Shown: piece after piece, positions 8,341 through 18,800 of the stretch
Layout of the letters: the number at the start of each line of letters is the position of its first letter
Numbering within the stretch: position 1 is the first letter of the stretch
Origin: a virus
Taxonomy: Duplodnaviria > Caudoviricetes
Length of the DNA stretch: 42,020 bases
Strand: one strand, 5' to 3'
IMG/VR virus record: IMGVR_UViG_3300014501_000032
Span: 1 to 42,020 of that record
Position numbers and translations under genes: made by a program
The notes under the pieces: generated by a model
Database searches by the model: none
What the model was told of the DNA's origin: nothing
Seen by the model: only the letters and a program-made list of their open reading frames with translations

Positions 8341-9567
8341 CTACCGCAGTTTTGAAAGATTTATTGTACCAACCGACTGCATTTGTAAGTAGCCGCAAGG
8401 CGTCCCATGCACGCCATCATGTGTCCAGTAGAGCCCGCCAACTGGCGGGCTGCACGCACCAAACCCTGCACCCGGATTTTTCCAAACAGGACTGTCCTGC
8501 GCTACTGACCATCCGTTCGCAACTTCTAAATAGCCGCCAGATGGTCCAAAGGTCGCTGCACGTAAAGCATCGTTGAGCGCGATGCTGGTGCTGTTACCAC
8601 TTTGCGCGGATTGATTGCCACTAGTGGCCCAATTATCCGTTGAGTTCGTAGCCATCGTAATCGTTGTTTGAAACACAGCCGTCGTGAAGTACGAGTATAT
8701 CGTGGTGAGATAGCCCTCGACTTGGAGAAGCGTTCGACCGTTTCCGACGGTGTCGTTGATGGCCAGCTCAATGATGGTGCTCGACGAATAGGTATTAAAC
8801 AGTGCGGTCCACGGTCCAGGGCCAGCAGTTACCGTCTGTGCCGCTAATCCGTCTGCGCTGACCGACATATAAGGTAATGATGCACCAACGGTGCGTTCAA
8901 TAACACCAATGTCGCCGCTCGAATTGTCGTAGGTGTCGAAAGCTCCAAATACGAGGCTGTCGCCCAGGATGGACACACTCTTAACAGCCGTCAGTGCGAT
9001 AACGCCGCCCGGCGAGATTGTCTGGCTGGAACCTCCGTCCACGACGATCGTGCAGTTGACGGTCTGATCGGGGACGCTCGTGCCGAGCGCCGTAGCGTCG
9101 CCCATATTGACGGTATCGATGTGGTTCGACGTCTCGTAGAGCGTGGCGGAATTAGTCTCGTAAATTCTGACCCAAAACAAAGCGCCGTTTGGAATAGAGA
9201 CGATCGCGGCGTCGGACAATACATAAGCGTTGTAAGCGACGCTCACGTTGGGCGCACTACTGAACGTAACTGGTGTACAGACCCCAGCCGGGTATTCGAC
9301 ACTCATTTTGCAAGTGCTGGGCGTAACCTGTGAGCCACCTTCGTAGATAAACGGGAAATTGGTGCAAATCAGTTGCAACGAGGAAATTACGTCACGCGCA
9401 TAATGCCCCGTACGCGACATGGCTTGTGTGTTGGTTGTATCAATGCTTTGACCGAAAAAGATTCGTGTTGCCACATTCTGGAAAGATGGCGTAGGCGGTG
9501 GTGGTGACGGTTGTATAAAGTCGATGCGACAACACAACAGCGCCAAAAGTATGAGGACGGCTCTCAT
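8341..9567 (-). CDS. SGNH/GDSL esterase-domain spike-like protein with signal-like N-terminus
   Basis: Start MRAVLILLALLCC; block I ILGDSLVFG, block III AIND, block V THDGVHGT; 6 mature Cys. Confidence 0.8.
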   Translation of the reverse strand: MRAVLILLALLCCRIDFIQPSPPPPTPSFQNVATRIFFGQSIDTTNTQAMSRTGHYARDVISSLQLICTNFPFIYEGGSQVTPSTCKMSVEYPAGVCTPVTFSSAPNVSVAYNAYVLSDAAIVSIPNGALFWVRIYETNSATLYETSNHIDTVNMGDATALGTSVPDQTVNCTIVVDGGSSQTISPGGVIALTAVKSVSILGDSLVFGAFDTYDNSSGDIGVIERTVGASLPYMSVSADGLAAQTVTAGPGPWTALFNTYSSSTIIELAINDTVGNGRTLLQVEGYLTTIYSYFTTAVFQTTITMATNSTDNWATSGNQSAQSGNSTSIALNDALRAATFGPSGGYLEVANGWSVAQDSPVWKNPGAGFGACSPPVGGLYWTHDGVHGTPCGYLQMQSVGTINLSKLR

Positions 9568-11309
9568 TAGTACGGCCCCCAATAACCGTTTTGATTTTCG
9601 CTCATATTGGTAAGTTGGGTCGTGGAGAACGCACCCGACCACCATCCAGCTTCGACAATGTTTCCGGCTAAATTAGGAACGCCGCCGCCAACGTCAGTTT
9701 CAAATAGGGATATGACGCCAGATGCCGCCTGACTGGTCCAAGCGGCCGTGTTGCTAGTGCCGTCGATGTTCAGGTTCGCAGACGTGGCCCATACCATTTG
9801 AATATTGTGAAAATGATTATCCGTGGCTGAGACGGCCTTTATATTTATTGTGTTGTACGCATCTTGAAGATTGCCGCCCAAGCCGTTCATTAAAGTTGCG
9901 GCGCCCGAACCAAGTCCAAGTTCAAGCATCCCCCCCGTATAATTCGGGGTTGTCGTATCAGCCACAACCCCGCTCGTGAAGGGCATCGCTTGAGACATAT
10001 TTCCAGCGGATTGAAGAACAACGCCAGCCGCGCCACTTGACCGCACGCACGGCAAACCATTGACGCACGACACAATAAATACAGGGCGATCAGCAATAGT
10101 TGCCTGTATTAAATCGCACGAACCAGTGCAGTTACCGGCTGCGGTTTGGTCATAAATCTTCTTAACCGTACAGGTGACAGAGGCGCAATTCGACCCACCA
10201 ACAGTCGTAATAACAAGCTTGCCGGTAGAAGGGTCTGTAATCAGGTCTGCGCATGCAACATCAGAAACATTGCATACATTTATCGCAGCATGACCGCGTG
10301 TGGCTGCGCTGTAAGCTCGTAATCCCCACCAAGCTCTTGCACTAGCAACAACGTCACCGGGGCCGACATAAGTTCCGGTGTATAAGGAAACAATACCCCA
10401 TTGCGAACCCATGTAGCTTATGACGGCTGATGAATAGCCGGCATTAAGAACTAATGAAGTAAGTCCATCAATCGTACCGCTCGCGGGGGTGATCGTAATT
10501 GCATTGCTTCCAGCTACGCCATTGCAATCCTTAATAACAAAAGTCAGGTTGAGTGCGGGCGAGCTTGGGAGATTTTCGGTTGCCACAGTGGAGGTATTTA
10601 ATGGGCAGACGAAATAATCGGCTGTCGTAATGCTGTCCGTTGCCGAAACCGCTGTCCTATACGGAAACGGCCATGTTTGTAGCGTTAACGGAATGACGTT
10701 GGAGCCGTTGCTCCCGATACCTTGACCGCTACTAAATCCAGTCGTCGGCGTTACGTTAGCAACAATAATGCCGGCAGTTCCGCCCGCACTATTTTCAAAA
10801 AAGACTGGTTCAATCAAAAGCGTGTTTACCGGCCCACCCGGCGAAATTGCACACACGCGCGCTTGTGTGTACATTATGTAGTAATTCGCCGAAACAAATG
10901 CTCGAATTACATTACTGGGCGGCGTGGACGGACACACAGCGCCCCACGCAACCGGCGTTGACGCAGGTACGGTCATAGCGACCGAAAGTGTTATGCCCGT
11001 CGTCCCGTTGTACGCAGTGACCGTAGTGCCCGACGTAATGCCGGCTCCAGAAACCAGACCGCCAACAAGCGGCGGTGTTGCGGGCGTCGCCGTCAATGTT
11101 AACGCGGTAGATGACCCCGACGTACTGCCAGTGCCGGAACCTTGCGACGTGAAAATTGATGCGTTGCCGGAAACTACGCGCGCTTCGATAGGGCCGTTGC
11201 CAAGATCGGCAACCGCATTCGCGCCGATCGGCAGCGTAATCGTAGTCTGTGCGAACGCGGAAACCGCCGTACAGCACAGCACCAATAAAGCGAGTAGAGA
11301 TTTTTTCAC
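9567..11309 (-). CDS. Multi-domain fibre protein with signal peptide and C-terminal AbfB/LamG-like domain
   Basis: MKKSLLALLVLCCTAVSAFA|Q; central fibre module (ENLP...VIKDCNG...ITITPASGTIDG); C-terminal GPGD...RAY...CTVKKIYDQT resembles GH54/ConA-like fold; 12 mature Cys. Confidence 0.75.
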   Translation of the reverse strand: MKKSLLALLVLCCTAVSAFAQTTITLPIGANAVADLGNGPIEARVVSGNASIFTSQGSGTGSTSGSSTALTLTATPATPPLVGGLVSGAGITSGTTVTAYNGTTGITLSVAMTVPASTPVAWGAVCPSTPPSNVIRAFVSANYYIMYTQARVCAISPGGPVNTLLIEPVFFENSAGGTAGIIVANVTPTTGFSSGQGIGSNGSNVIPLTLQTWPFPYRTAVSATDSITTADYFVCPLNTSTVATENLPSSPALNLTFVIKDCNGVAGSNAITITPASGTIDGLTSLVLNAGYSSAVISYMGSQWGIVSLYTGTYVGPGDVVASARAWWGLRAYSAATRGHAAINVCNVSDVACADLITDPSTGKLVITTVGGSNCASVTCTVKKIYDQTAAGNCTGSCDLIQATIADRPVFIVSCVNGLPCVRSSGAAGVVLQSAGNMSQAMPFTSGVVADTTTPNYTGGMLELGLGSGAATLMNGLGGNLQDAYNTINIKAVSATDNHFHNIQMVWATSANLNIDGTSNTAAWTSQAASGVISLFETDVGGGVPNLAGNIVEAGWWSGAFSTTQLTNMSENQNGYWGPY

Positions 11310-11385
11310 TGTCTAGCCCACGTAGCTGCCGGATTGAAAGATATCATGCTTATCCGGTTTAGACACACAGCCCTACATCTTGTGG

Positions 11386-11847
11386 TCATAGAAGTTCTGG
11401 TTTGTGAAACGGTTTTTGCCACATTCTCCGCCGTTCATCGAACGCAACAACAGCGGAAGGGAAGGGAGCGGAGTTGGTATGGCCGCCGAACTTAAGGCGT
11501 CCTTTGATGAACTCGATCTCGCCTTTCATGGCGTAATCGTGCCACCATTTTGTATCAGTCCGGGCAGGGACCAAGCAAACGACCGCAGCCCCCTCACAGA
11601 AGCTCGCCCATGCCTTCGCCATCCATCGGCCTATCTCGCGCCCATAAGGCGGGTTCATCCAACATACGCCGTCCCAAGGCTGAATAAGCGCGTTTTCCTT
11701 TTGAGTGTAAAAGCGCGGGCATTTGGCATTTTCCGCCGTAGCGCACACGTCCAAAGTGAAACCATAGCGGGCATGGTATCTGTCAAAAAACGATTGCGGC
11801 GTCTCCCACAAATCGGTCTTGCTGCTGAAATGTACGTCCGTCAACAT
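11386..11847 (-). CDS. Phage N6-adenine DNA methyltransferase (phage Dam family)
   Basis: WETPQ..F..FTLDVCA..NAKC..FYT, catalytic NPPY, LVPARTDTKWW, GRLKF motifs. Confidence 0.92.
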   Translation of the reverse strand: MLTDVHFSSKTDLWETPQSFFDRYHARYGFTLDVCATAENAKCPRFYTQKENALIQPWDGVCWMNPPYGREIGRWMAKAWASFCEGAAVVCLVPARTDTKWWHDYAMKGEIEFIKGRLKFGGHTNSAPFPSAVVAFDERRRMWQKPFHKPELL

Positions 11848-11907
11848 CTAGTAGGTCCCGTCATTTGTGTGTGGCAACCGGATAAGCATGAAAGATATTA
11901 CTGCCCG

Positions 11908-12873
11908 TCAGAAATTCCACCCCACCGTTGCGCTGCGCATATTAGCGAGCACGGCGGCGTAGGATGAATTGAGGTCGGCAGGCCAGATACCTTCTTCGCA
12001 TACAAACCCTGCCAAAAGCGGCGAACCGGCACTGCGTTCCATGACAAATTCATTGGTCGTCATTGCTGTGGTGCCACTCGTTGCCGTACTGGTATTGGCA
12101 CTTGAGTCCACGGCAAAGAGTGGAGCCGTCGCGCTGACTACGGCAAGCAATGCGTGAAAAGCACTGTCGGCTGCGGCAAGAACGACACTGCTGTTATTTG
12201 CTACGGCAACATTTCCAGCCGTGAAAAATCTAAGCGTATTACTGTTACCGTTGGCCATAATATATTGTTGCGTGCTAGTGCTCCCTGTTCGCTCGGCAAC
12301 CGCCGTCAACGTGAACGGTAGTGCTTGTGAAATCACCCCCGCTGTCGATAGCGCGACGGTCGCACCGCCAGCGGCGCAAGGCAATCCATTCTGTGCGCTG
12401 AGCGTAAGCCCCGGCATATTAGCCAAGGTCGCCTGTACGACATGATTGCCGTTGCCGGTTTGGTCGTACTTTTTGGTAATGCTGCACCCAACATGCGTCA
12501 CCGTGCAGAATGTTGTCACGCTGACGACAGGGGCACCAGTGGGGCAAACAACAGCCGACAGGTTGGCGTATCCGTTCGTGCCGACTGACAGCGTGCAGGT
12601 CGCGAGGCCGGTCGTTGTGTCAACAATATCTGCTAGGGGGCTTTGTGCGGCGGCATAAGCCGCGTTATAAGCTCTCCCCACACTCCAAAACGCGATAGCG
12701 CCGCTCGCACAATCGCCGGGGCCTTGATACCCACCACCGTCGCACCCTGCTGGTACACCCGCTATGCTATTATTGTAATTTGAATCCCGCGATTGCCAGA
12801 AAGCGCGCGATTGCTGACCCAAACCAACAATGCCCGCGAACAGCAGCGCCAATATTGCGAGAAAGCGACGCAT
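11908..12873 (-). CDS. Secreted AbfB/LamG-like glycan-binding protein
   Basis: Signal MRRFLAILALLFAGIVGLGQQSRA; GPGD...RAY...FC....GCSITKKYDQTGNGNHVVQA resembles arabinofuranosidase-B N-terminal fold; paralogous to the C-terminus of 9567-11309; 8 Cys. Confidence 0.7.
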   Translation of the reverse strand: MRRFLAILALLFAGIVGLGQQSRAFWQSRDSNYNNSIAGVPAGCDGGGYQGPGDCASGAIAFWSVGRAYNAAYAAAQSPLADIVDTTTGLATCTLSVGTNGYANLSAVVCPTGAPVVSVTTFCTVTHVGCSITKKYDQTGNGNHVVQATLANMPGLTLSAQNGLPCAAGGATVALSTAGVISQALPFTLTAVAERTGSTSTQQYIMANGNSNTLRFFTAGNVAVANNSSVVLAAADSAFHALLAVVSATAPLFAVDSSANTSTATSGTTAMTTNEFVMERSAGSPLLAGFVCEEGIWPADLNSSYAAVLANMRSATVGWNF

Positions 12874-13776
12874 TTATTGCTGATACCCCCAACCCTTCGA
12901 CGACACGGTACCGCCGGAACCGGGCGCCCCCGACACAATCGCTATTGCTTGGTTGGCACCGCTCGCCGGAACACACGGCGAAAAAACCATTTCATCAACA
13001 TCGATGCCCGATGCCAGCGGCGCAACCCACAAGATTGAACTCAAGGTCGCGGTGATGACGCCTGTGATCGTATCCGTAACGGTGGTCGCCGCTGTCGCGT
13101 TCGCGCGAATCGAGTAGCCACAAATGTAAGTCGTCTTGCCCGATGTGCCCGCAAGCGTCGCCGTCGTCGCACCAGTTGTTCCGGTAGCTGATGCCGTAAT
13201 CGGTGTTGCGCCAGCGGGGTAAGCGCTGGTCTGCCGGACGCCATTGGTCGTGCCATCCGTAGTCTGATCTATCCCAGTTTTGCCGATTAGGTTTGTGCCT
13301 GCGGGCAATGCCGCGTTGACCTGCACGCCATTGGTCGTGCCGGGCGTTGTTTGGTCAATGCCGACTTTGCCGACGATTGCGCTGCCTGCGCCGAGCGCGC
13401 CGGCAGCCTGAAACGGCGAGCCGAGCGCGGTAATCGCCGACGAAAGCCGCTGCGCTATGCGCTGAAGTTGCTGATTTGCACTACATGATGCCGTGTCAGT
13501 CGCGCACGCGCTTGAGCCTGGGGCACCGAAGTCGGTTACGACTTGCGCAAGATTGCCGCCAGTTTCAAGCGCGTAATTTGTAATCGCGCCGCCCCCGCTG
13601 CCACTGTCACAAAGTTTCCCAGTCGTATCCATAGTGAGAATGCCGTACGTCCCGGCAACGTACGAAATTGGCAGCGTACCGCACGCCGATACAATCAAGG
13701 CTTGCGGCTGCTGGGCGCTCGCGGGCGCGGGGAAAAAAGCAACAAGAGCCGCGAGCGCAAATAAAAGTTTTTTCAT
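12874..13776 (-). CDS. Fibre-like protein with signal peptide
   Basis: MKKLLFALAALVAFFPAPASA|Q; repeated LxAGxxxxGKxGIDQTTxGTTNGV shaft motif; 6 Cys. Confidence 0.72.
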   Translation of the reverse strand: MKKLLFALAALVAFFPAPASAQQPQALIVSACGTLPISYVAGTYGILTMDTTGKLCDSGSGGGAITNYALETGGNLAQVVTDFGAPGSSACATDTASCSANQQLQRIAQRLSSAITALGSPFQAAGALGAGSAIVGKVGIDQTTPGTTNGVQVNAALPAGTNLIGKTGIDQTTDGTTNGVRQTSAYPAGATPITASATGTTGATTATLAGTSGKTTYICGYSIRANATAATTVTDTITGVITATLSSILWVAPLASGIDVDEMVFSPCVPASGANQAIAIVSGAPGSGGTVSSKGWGYQQ

Positions 13777-14075
13777 CGTGCGCGTCCCGTATGGATCTTG
13801 GCAATTTCTCCGTTCAGCGCGGTGGCAACAACGGCTAGACTGTATTGACCCGCCGGCAGATCCAAAACAGTGTAGCCCGCTGCGGCGGCCACCGGCATGA
13901 CCGGCGCGTACGTCACGCCATCAGGAAGCAATTTCTGCAACTGATAATTGGTAAAGCCGCCGGGTGCTACGGTGAGGCCATAGGTGCCGGCGTCCAAGTT
14001 GAAGTCCATCGGCGTCGCAGCAATAGCTACCCAGCGCCGGAAGCTGCGAGGCCAGTTGCTTACAGCGTTCGCCAT
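13773..14075 (-). CDS. Small beta-rich virion protein
   Basis: 100 aa, no signal peptide, ATGA overlap with downstream gene. Confidence 0.6.
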   Translation of the reverse strand: MANAVSNWPRSFRRWVAIAATPMDFNLDAGTYGLTVAPGGFTNYQLQKLLPDGVTYAPVMPVAAAAGYTVLDLPAGQYSLAVVATALNGEIAKIHTGRAR

Positions 14076-14101
14076 CGGATTGGCCCTTTACTGTAGTTAG
14101 T

Positions 14102-14638
14102 TTAGTGCGCTCCAATAGCGTACTGAGTGTACAGGCCGCCAGGGCCATTTCCACCGTACGCGCACACGCGGGCCTGCGTATACATCGGAAGATCTGAACC
14201 GACTGCCGCCTGTATCAGCGCAAGTGGTGCCGAGGGTGGTGCTGACGGACACGCTTGGCCCCATGAAACAACTGCGGATGTAACGGTCATCGCTGCCGAA
14301 AGCGTGATGCCCGTCGTGCCGTTGAACGCCGCAACTGTCGTGCCCGAAGTAATCCCGGCGCCGGAAATGATACAGCCGACGCACGGCGGGTTGGCGGCGG
14401 CGGTTGCTGTCAGCGTTAATGCTGTGGACGAACCCGACGTACTCCCAGTGCCGGAACCCTGCGCCGTGAAAACCCCCATGTTGCCCTGAAGTACGCGGAT
14501 TTCAGTCGGCCCGTTCCCAAGGTCCGCAACAACGTGCGCGTTCACACTTACGGGGACTTGTACGACAGTCTGCGCGAGCGCGGGAAGCGACCAAAGCACC
14601 TGCCAAGCCAAAACCGCAAGGATCAAAATTCTACGCAT
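14102..14638 (-). CDS. Secreted protein paralogous to the N-terminal domain of 9567-11309
   Basis: Start MRRILILAVLAWQVLWSLPALA|Q after GAGGA; shares VADLGNGP, FTxQGSGTGSTSGSSTALTLTAT, ISGAGITSGTTV, MYTQARVCA; 4 Cys. Confidence 0.75.
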   Translation of the reverse strand: MRRILILAVLAWQVLWSLPALAQTVVQVPVSVNAHVVADLGNGPTEIRVLQGNMGVFTAQGSGTGSTSGSSTALTLTATAAANPPCVGCIISGAGITSGTTVAAFNGTTGITLSAAMTVTSAVVSWGQACPSAPPSAPLALIQAAVGSDLPMYTQARVCAYGGNGPGGLYTQYAIGAH

Positions 14639-14681
14639 TGTGGATATTCCTCTCGTTCCTGTGTTTGCGTGCCGCATACGG

Positions 14682-15419
14682 CTAGTCAGCGATGAAAGCG
14701 GCAGTGCCTTTGTAGTGACGCGTGAGATTGAACTGCACTTCGGTGACAGCGCCGGCCGCAGTCGGATCGTTGCCGATTTGCTCGCTGCTGTTGAAAATGC
14801 GAAGCGGCAGCGTTGACGTGGTTGCGATCGTCGCGGGGTCCAGCGACACGCCGGAAATACCAAAGCGGGTTGCTTGCTGACCGGCATTCGCTTTCACGTC
14901 AATGCCAGATCCAAGATCCAGATTAAACGCGGTGCCCGGCACGGTCGGCATGGTGATGGTCATAACCACTGACGGGTCGGTTTCAACAAACGCCCAGCAC
15001 TCCGTGGAGGCGGGAGCGTACTGGAAACTGTTTTTTGCTTGATAGAGCGTGATCGGACCCCAACCGACGATGACGCCAGCGATGACGCTGGTTGTGTCGC
15101 CGGGCACCCAGCGCGAAATATTCGGCGCCATGGACGCGTTGCCCAGCAACGAGCCGCCACCGTTACCGATGACGACGGACGTTGTGGAAGGTGAACCGAT
15201 GTTTGCAGGCAAGTCGCCCGCGCCAGGGACGCCGATCGAACCCGACGCCCACACAGCAATGTCGCCACGAAATAGCGCGGCTGCGTTGGTGGGGGGAACG
15301 TGAAAAATGCGTACGGATGCTGATGCCTGACCGCCGATGTTACCAGGATTGGCAGGCAAGAGTCCGCTGTACGCTCTAAAGCCGCCACCGAGCGTGCCGG
15401 CATTGACGATGTTGACCAC
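14682..15419 (-). CDS. Probable capsid decoration/minor capsid protein
   Basis: 245 aa, GGAGG RBS; LFRGD...GVIVG...VETDP...GISG...TSTLPLRI pattern of the protein usually encoded next to podoviral MCP genes. Confidence 0.55.
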   Translation of the reverse strand: MVNIVNAGTLGGGFRAYSGLLPANPGNIGGQASASVRIFHVPPTNAAALFRGDIAVWASGSIGVPGAGDLPANIGSPSTTSVVIGNGGGSLLGNASMAPNISRWVPGDTTSVIAGVIVGWGPITLYQAKNSFQYAPASTECWAFVETDPSVVMTITMPTVPGTAFNLDLGSGIDVKANAGQQATRFGISGVSLDPATIATTSTLPLRIFNSSEQIGNDPTAAGAVTEVQFNLTRHYKGTAAFIAD

Positions 15420-15530
15420 TGGGAAACCCTCCTACGTGGTGATTGAAAAATCAGTGAGCGCGAGCATACGTATGTTTAAAAATTTGCGCAATACAGTTCA
15501 GGCGCGTATGACATAATAATTTTTGGCGTG

Positions 15531-15842
15531 TCAATCGCGCAAATAATCTTCAAGACTGAGCCCCAACTGTGCTTCCGCTTTTGGAACCCAACTTTTTGTT
15601 TCGTTTCTGAGTGCTGCACGTACGACGCCGGTCACACCGCTATCGCGCGCCCGCTCGAATAGCAATATTTCACCTTCGGCCAACGCCTTATCTATTTCGG
15701 CGTCGTCTTTCACAGTTTCCCAAAGAATGCCGACAGCGCGGCACGCCAATTCCGCCGGTACGCCGTTGCGCAACCGATCCAGCATGATTTCACGCGGCGT
15801 CGTTGCTTTTGGTTTTTGCGTGAAGATTGCCCACGGAAACAT
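15531..15842 (-). CDS. Terminase small subunit-like protein
   Basis: 103 aa; HTH-like LRNGVPAELACRAVGI then KALAEGE..LFERA helices typical of TerS. Confidence 0.5.
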   Translation of the reverse strand: MFPWAIFTQKPKATTPREIMLDRLRNGVPAELACRAVGILWETVKDDAEIDKALAEGEILLFERARDSGVTGVVRAALRNETKSWVPKAEAQLGLSLEDYLRD

Positions 15843-15849
15843 TGTGTAC

Positions 15850-18800
15850 CTACCGCGACCCGTAGTGGCTCCAGTCCACTCCGTATTTAGCAGCGTCCTT
15901 AATAACGCGCTGCGTTTCTTCGTCGGACTGTGCGTTTTGCAGTCTGCGCTGCATGCGGGCAGCTATAGCCGGCGTAATTTGAAGGACGTTTGGCTCCGCT
16001 GCATGTGCACTGCTTATCGGATTTAAATCAGCTCCGTTTAGCACGTCACCTTGTACGGCGCCGCGCTGTGCTGCGGTGCCAACAACATCACGTACGTTTC
16101 GTGCAGTGCGATCAGGCGCGGCGTTCAGAATATCCGAAAATTTCGCGGGGCTGCCGGCCGCACGTTCTTGCATCCAGCGATTAAAGCTGCCCAGCAACTT
16201 TACACCGCTGACGACTTTGCCAAGTACCGGAATTTGCTCGGCCGCAACAAGATTGTAAACGCCCTTTTCGTAGTTAGGACTGCCCGCACCCCGACGCATT
16301 GCATTCCAGGCCGCTATTGCAGTCGGGTCGCCCGCAGCGAAAGCGCGAAACTTTTGATCGGCAACCCGGCCATCCGCGCCTTTCAGCCGCGCCGCCTGGG
16401 CAAGATCGCCGCCGTTCGTCGCATCCATCAGACGCCGGTAACGTACGTCAAGCGCGTTTAGCCGCTGCATGACTTGCGGCCCCTGCTGCGGGCCAAAAAC
16501 ATAGTTGGCCGCTTTTGCTTGCTGCGTGCGCACGGTATCGGCCAGCGTACGCATGTCGGCTGCCGCCTGCGTCTTGCCGATCGCAGTACTGCCGAGTGCG
16601 TCACGTTCAGCCTGCAAAAGATTGGAGCGCACGTCTTGCAACTGCGTCCATTTTTGTTGCCAATCTTGTGCGGGCGCCGTAATTGCCGCCTCCGTACGTT
16701 GCGCAAGTTCGCCGTACTTCGCAGACACCTGCTTGTTTTCGACAGCGGCAATAGGACCGTCGGCAAGTTTCGGGGCGGCTTTTGGAGCGCCAACGCCTTT
16801 TGCACCAACTTCAGTCTCTAGCTGCTGGTAGCCAAGCCCGATGTTCTTTTGTTCCAGCGCGCCCGGCTTGCTAGCCTGTGCTTCCTGCACTGGCACGCCT
16901 TCGGAGCTAACTTTGTGTGCGTACGCGGCTTCCTCCGGGTCGAGGCCAGCGTCTTTCAGCGTAGTTTCTGACTTGTCCTTGGCAACTTGTGCAGCGTCGT
17001 ACTTCGGATTCGGTCCCGATGCCGCCCCACCTACGCCCGGAAGTCGATTCGGTTCAGTTTCCAGGATTTTTGAGCTGTCCGCGTACGCTTTCGCGGCGCC
17101 TTGTACGGCTGCCTTGGCGTCGGGCGCGAACAAGCTGAATACTTTGTGCCCGGCCATGCCGAGCGCGCGACCAAACGCTTCGCCGCCAGCACCTTCGGCC
17201 ATCCCGCGCAACCCCGCGTCAACTACATCAGGGCCGCTCGCACCTTGCGCGGCTTCAGATCCGGCTTCGATTGCACCACTACCAACCACGCGCCCCGCCG
17301 CCGCCACTACTGGACGCGCTGCTGACGCCACACCAAGCGCGCCACCTAACGCCGTCTGCTTTACAATTTCGGCTGCACTCTGCGGGTTGCCTCTCAGATA
17401 ATCTTTTAACGCTTGACCAGCGCCGCCGCCAACTGCACCGCCAACAACAGCGCCGGGCGGCCCTCCGATCGCGCCGCCAGCAATCGCACCGACTGTTGAA
17501 GTAGCGGCGGGCGCCGCGCCGGCTAGCATGTCAACGCCACCTTTACGACCTTCCTCTTGCTGTGCCGGCGTCAAATTGTTCCACGCGATTGCGGCCGGGT
17601 CGTCCATCGGATTGCCCGCTGCCGGTTGGCTTGACGAGGCGCCGGGCAGCGGTGCAGCACCGCGCGGCACGCTGTCGGAAATGTCTTGCGCGACGTTCGC
17701 TTGATAGCGGCCAATCACAGTTGCGACGGTCGGCCGTCCTTTGAAAAATGTCGGGTTATTGCGCGCAGCGGCCTCGCCGACGATTGAACGCGCGTCGGCG
17801 TTCGGGTTCGCTTTCAACAGCGAAGCCGCGCCCCCCGCACCAAGATTGTGCGCCACGTACAGGTTTGTATCGTTGACCGGCACGCCGGAAGTTTGCAGCG
17901 CCGTAGCATTCGTATTCGTGAGTTTTTCAAGTGCCGCCGTTTGCTGTTCCGGCGTAGCATCGACCGCGCGCGCGGGAGCGCCCGGCGGCTTGTTTGCATC
18001 CCATGTCGTTTTTATGAAGCCGTACGCACCGCCGGCACTGGAGCCTTGCGCGGTTGTTGTCCACGGGTTTTTCTGGCCGCCGGTTTCAATGCGCTGTAGC
18101 GAATTGACGTACGCAGGCGAAGCACCCGCCGGCAACGCCATGGTGACTTGCTGGCCGGCGACTGTAACAGGCTGTACGGAGGCAGAGGGTTGGCCTGCGC
18201 CGCCGGGGGGCGCTGAGGACGACGGCGCGGGCCGCTGAGGACTGACGCCACTAACACCGCCATTCTGCGTTGCTTGCTGTACGGGTGTCAAGAGGGGTTG
18301 TGTACCGGGGAGCTGATTAGCTGACTGCGCACCGGGCGGCAAGCTGACTTGCCCGGCACCTGGGCGTTGCGCACCGAGCTGCAACACGCCGTTGCCCGCA
18401 CCGATCGGTTGAAAGTACGGACGCATGCGCTCAATTTGCGCTTGCCGGCCCGCTTCCAATGCGCCGCTAACCGCGCCGGTTGCTTCGTCCTTGCCGAGCC
18501 CAAGCGCGTCGGGACCGAGCCCAAGCGCACCGGCCCGCTGCGCGACGCCTAGCGCTCGATCGGTTATGTTACTGTCGTTGTACGTCTTCAGCGCGTCCAT
18601 AACGTCGCGGATTTGGCCTTGCGTCTGCCGGGACAAGTACGGCTTATCGGCATTTGCAAAAAGCGTGTTAATTACGCCAGCGTAGTTTGTCACTAGCCCG
18701 TCAATAGCGGACTGCGACCACCCGCGTTTGCCCAGTTCAATCTTCAGCAAGCCGACATTGGCGCCGCCTTGGCCGCCGCGCAACAGCGACGCCATCCCTT

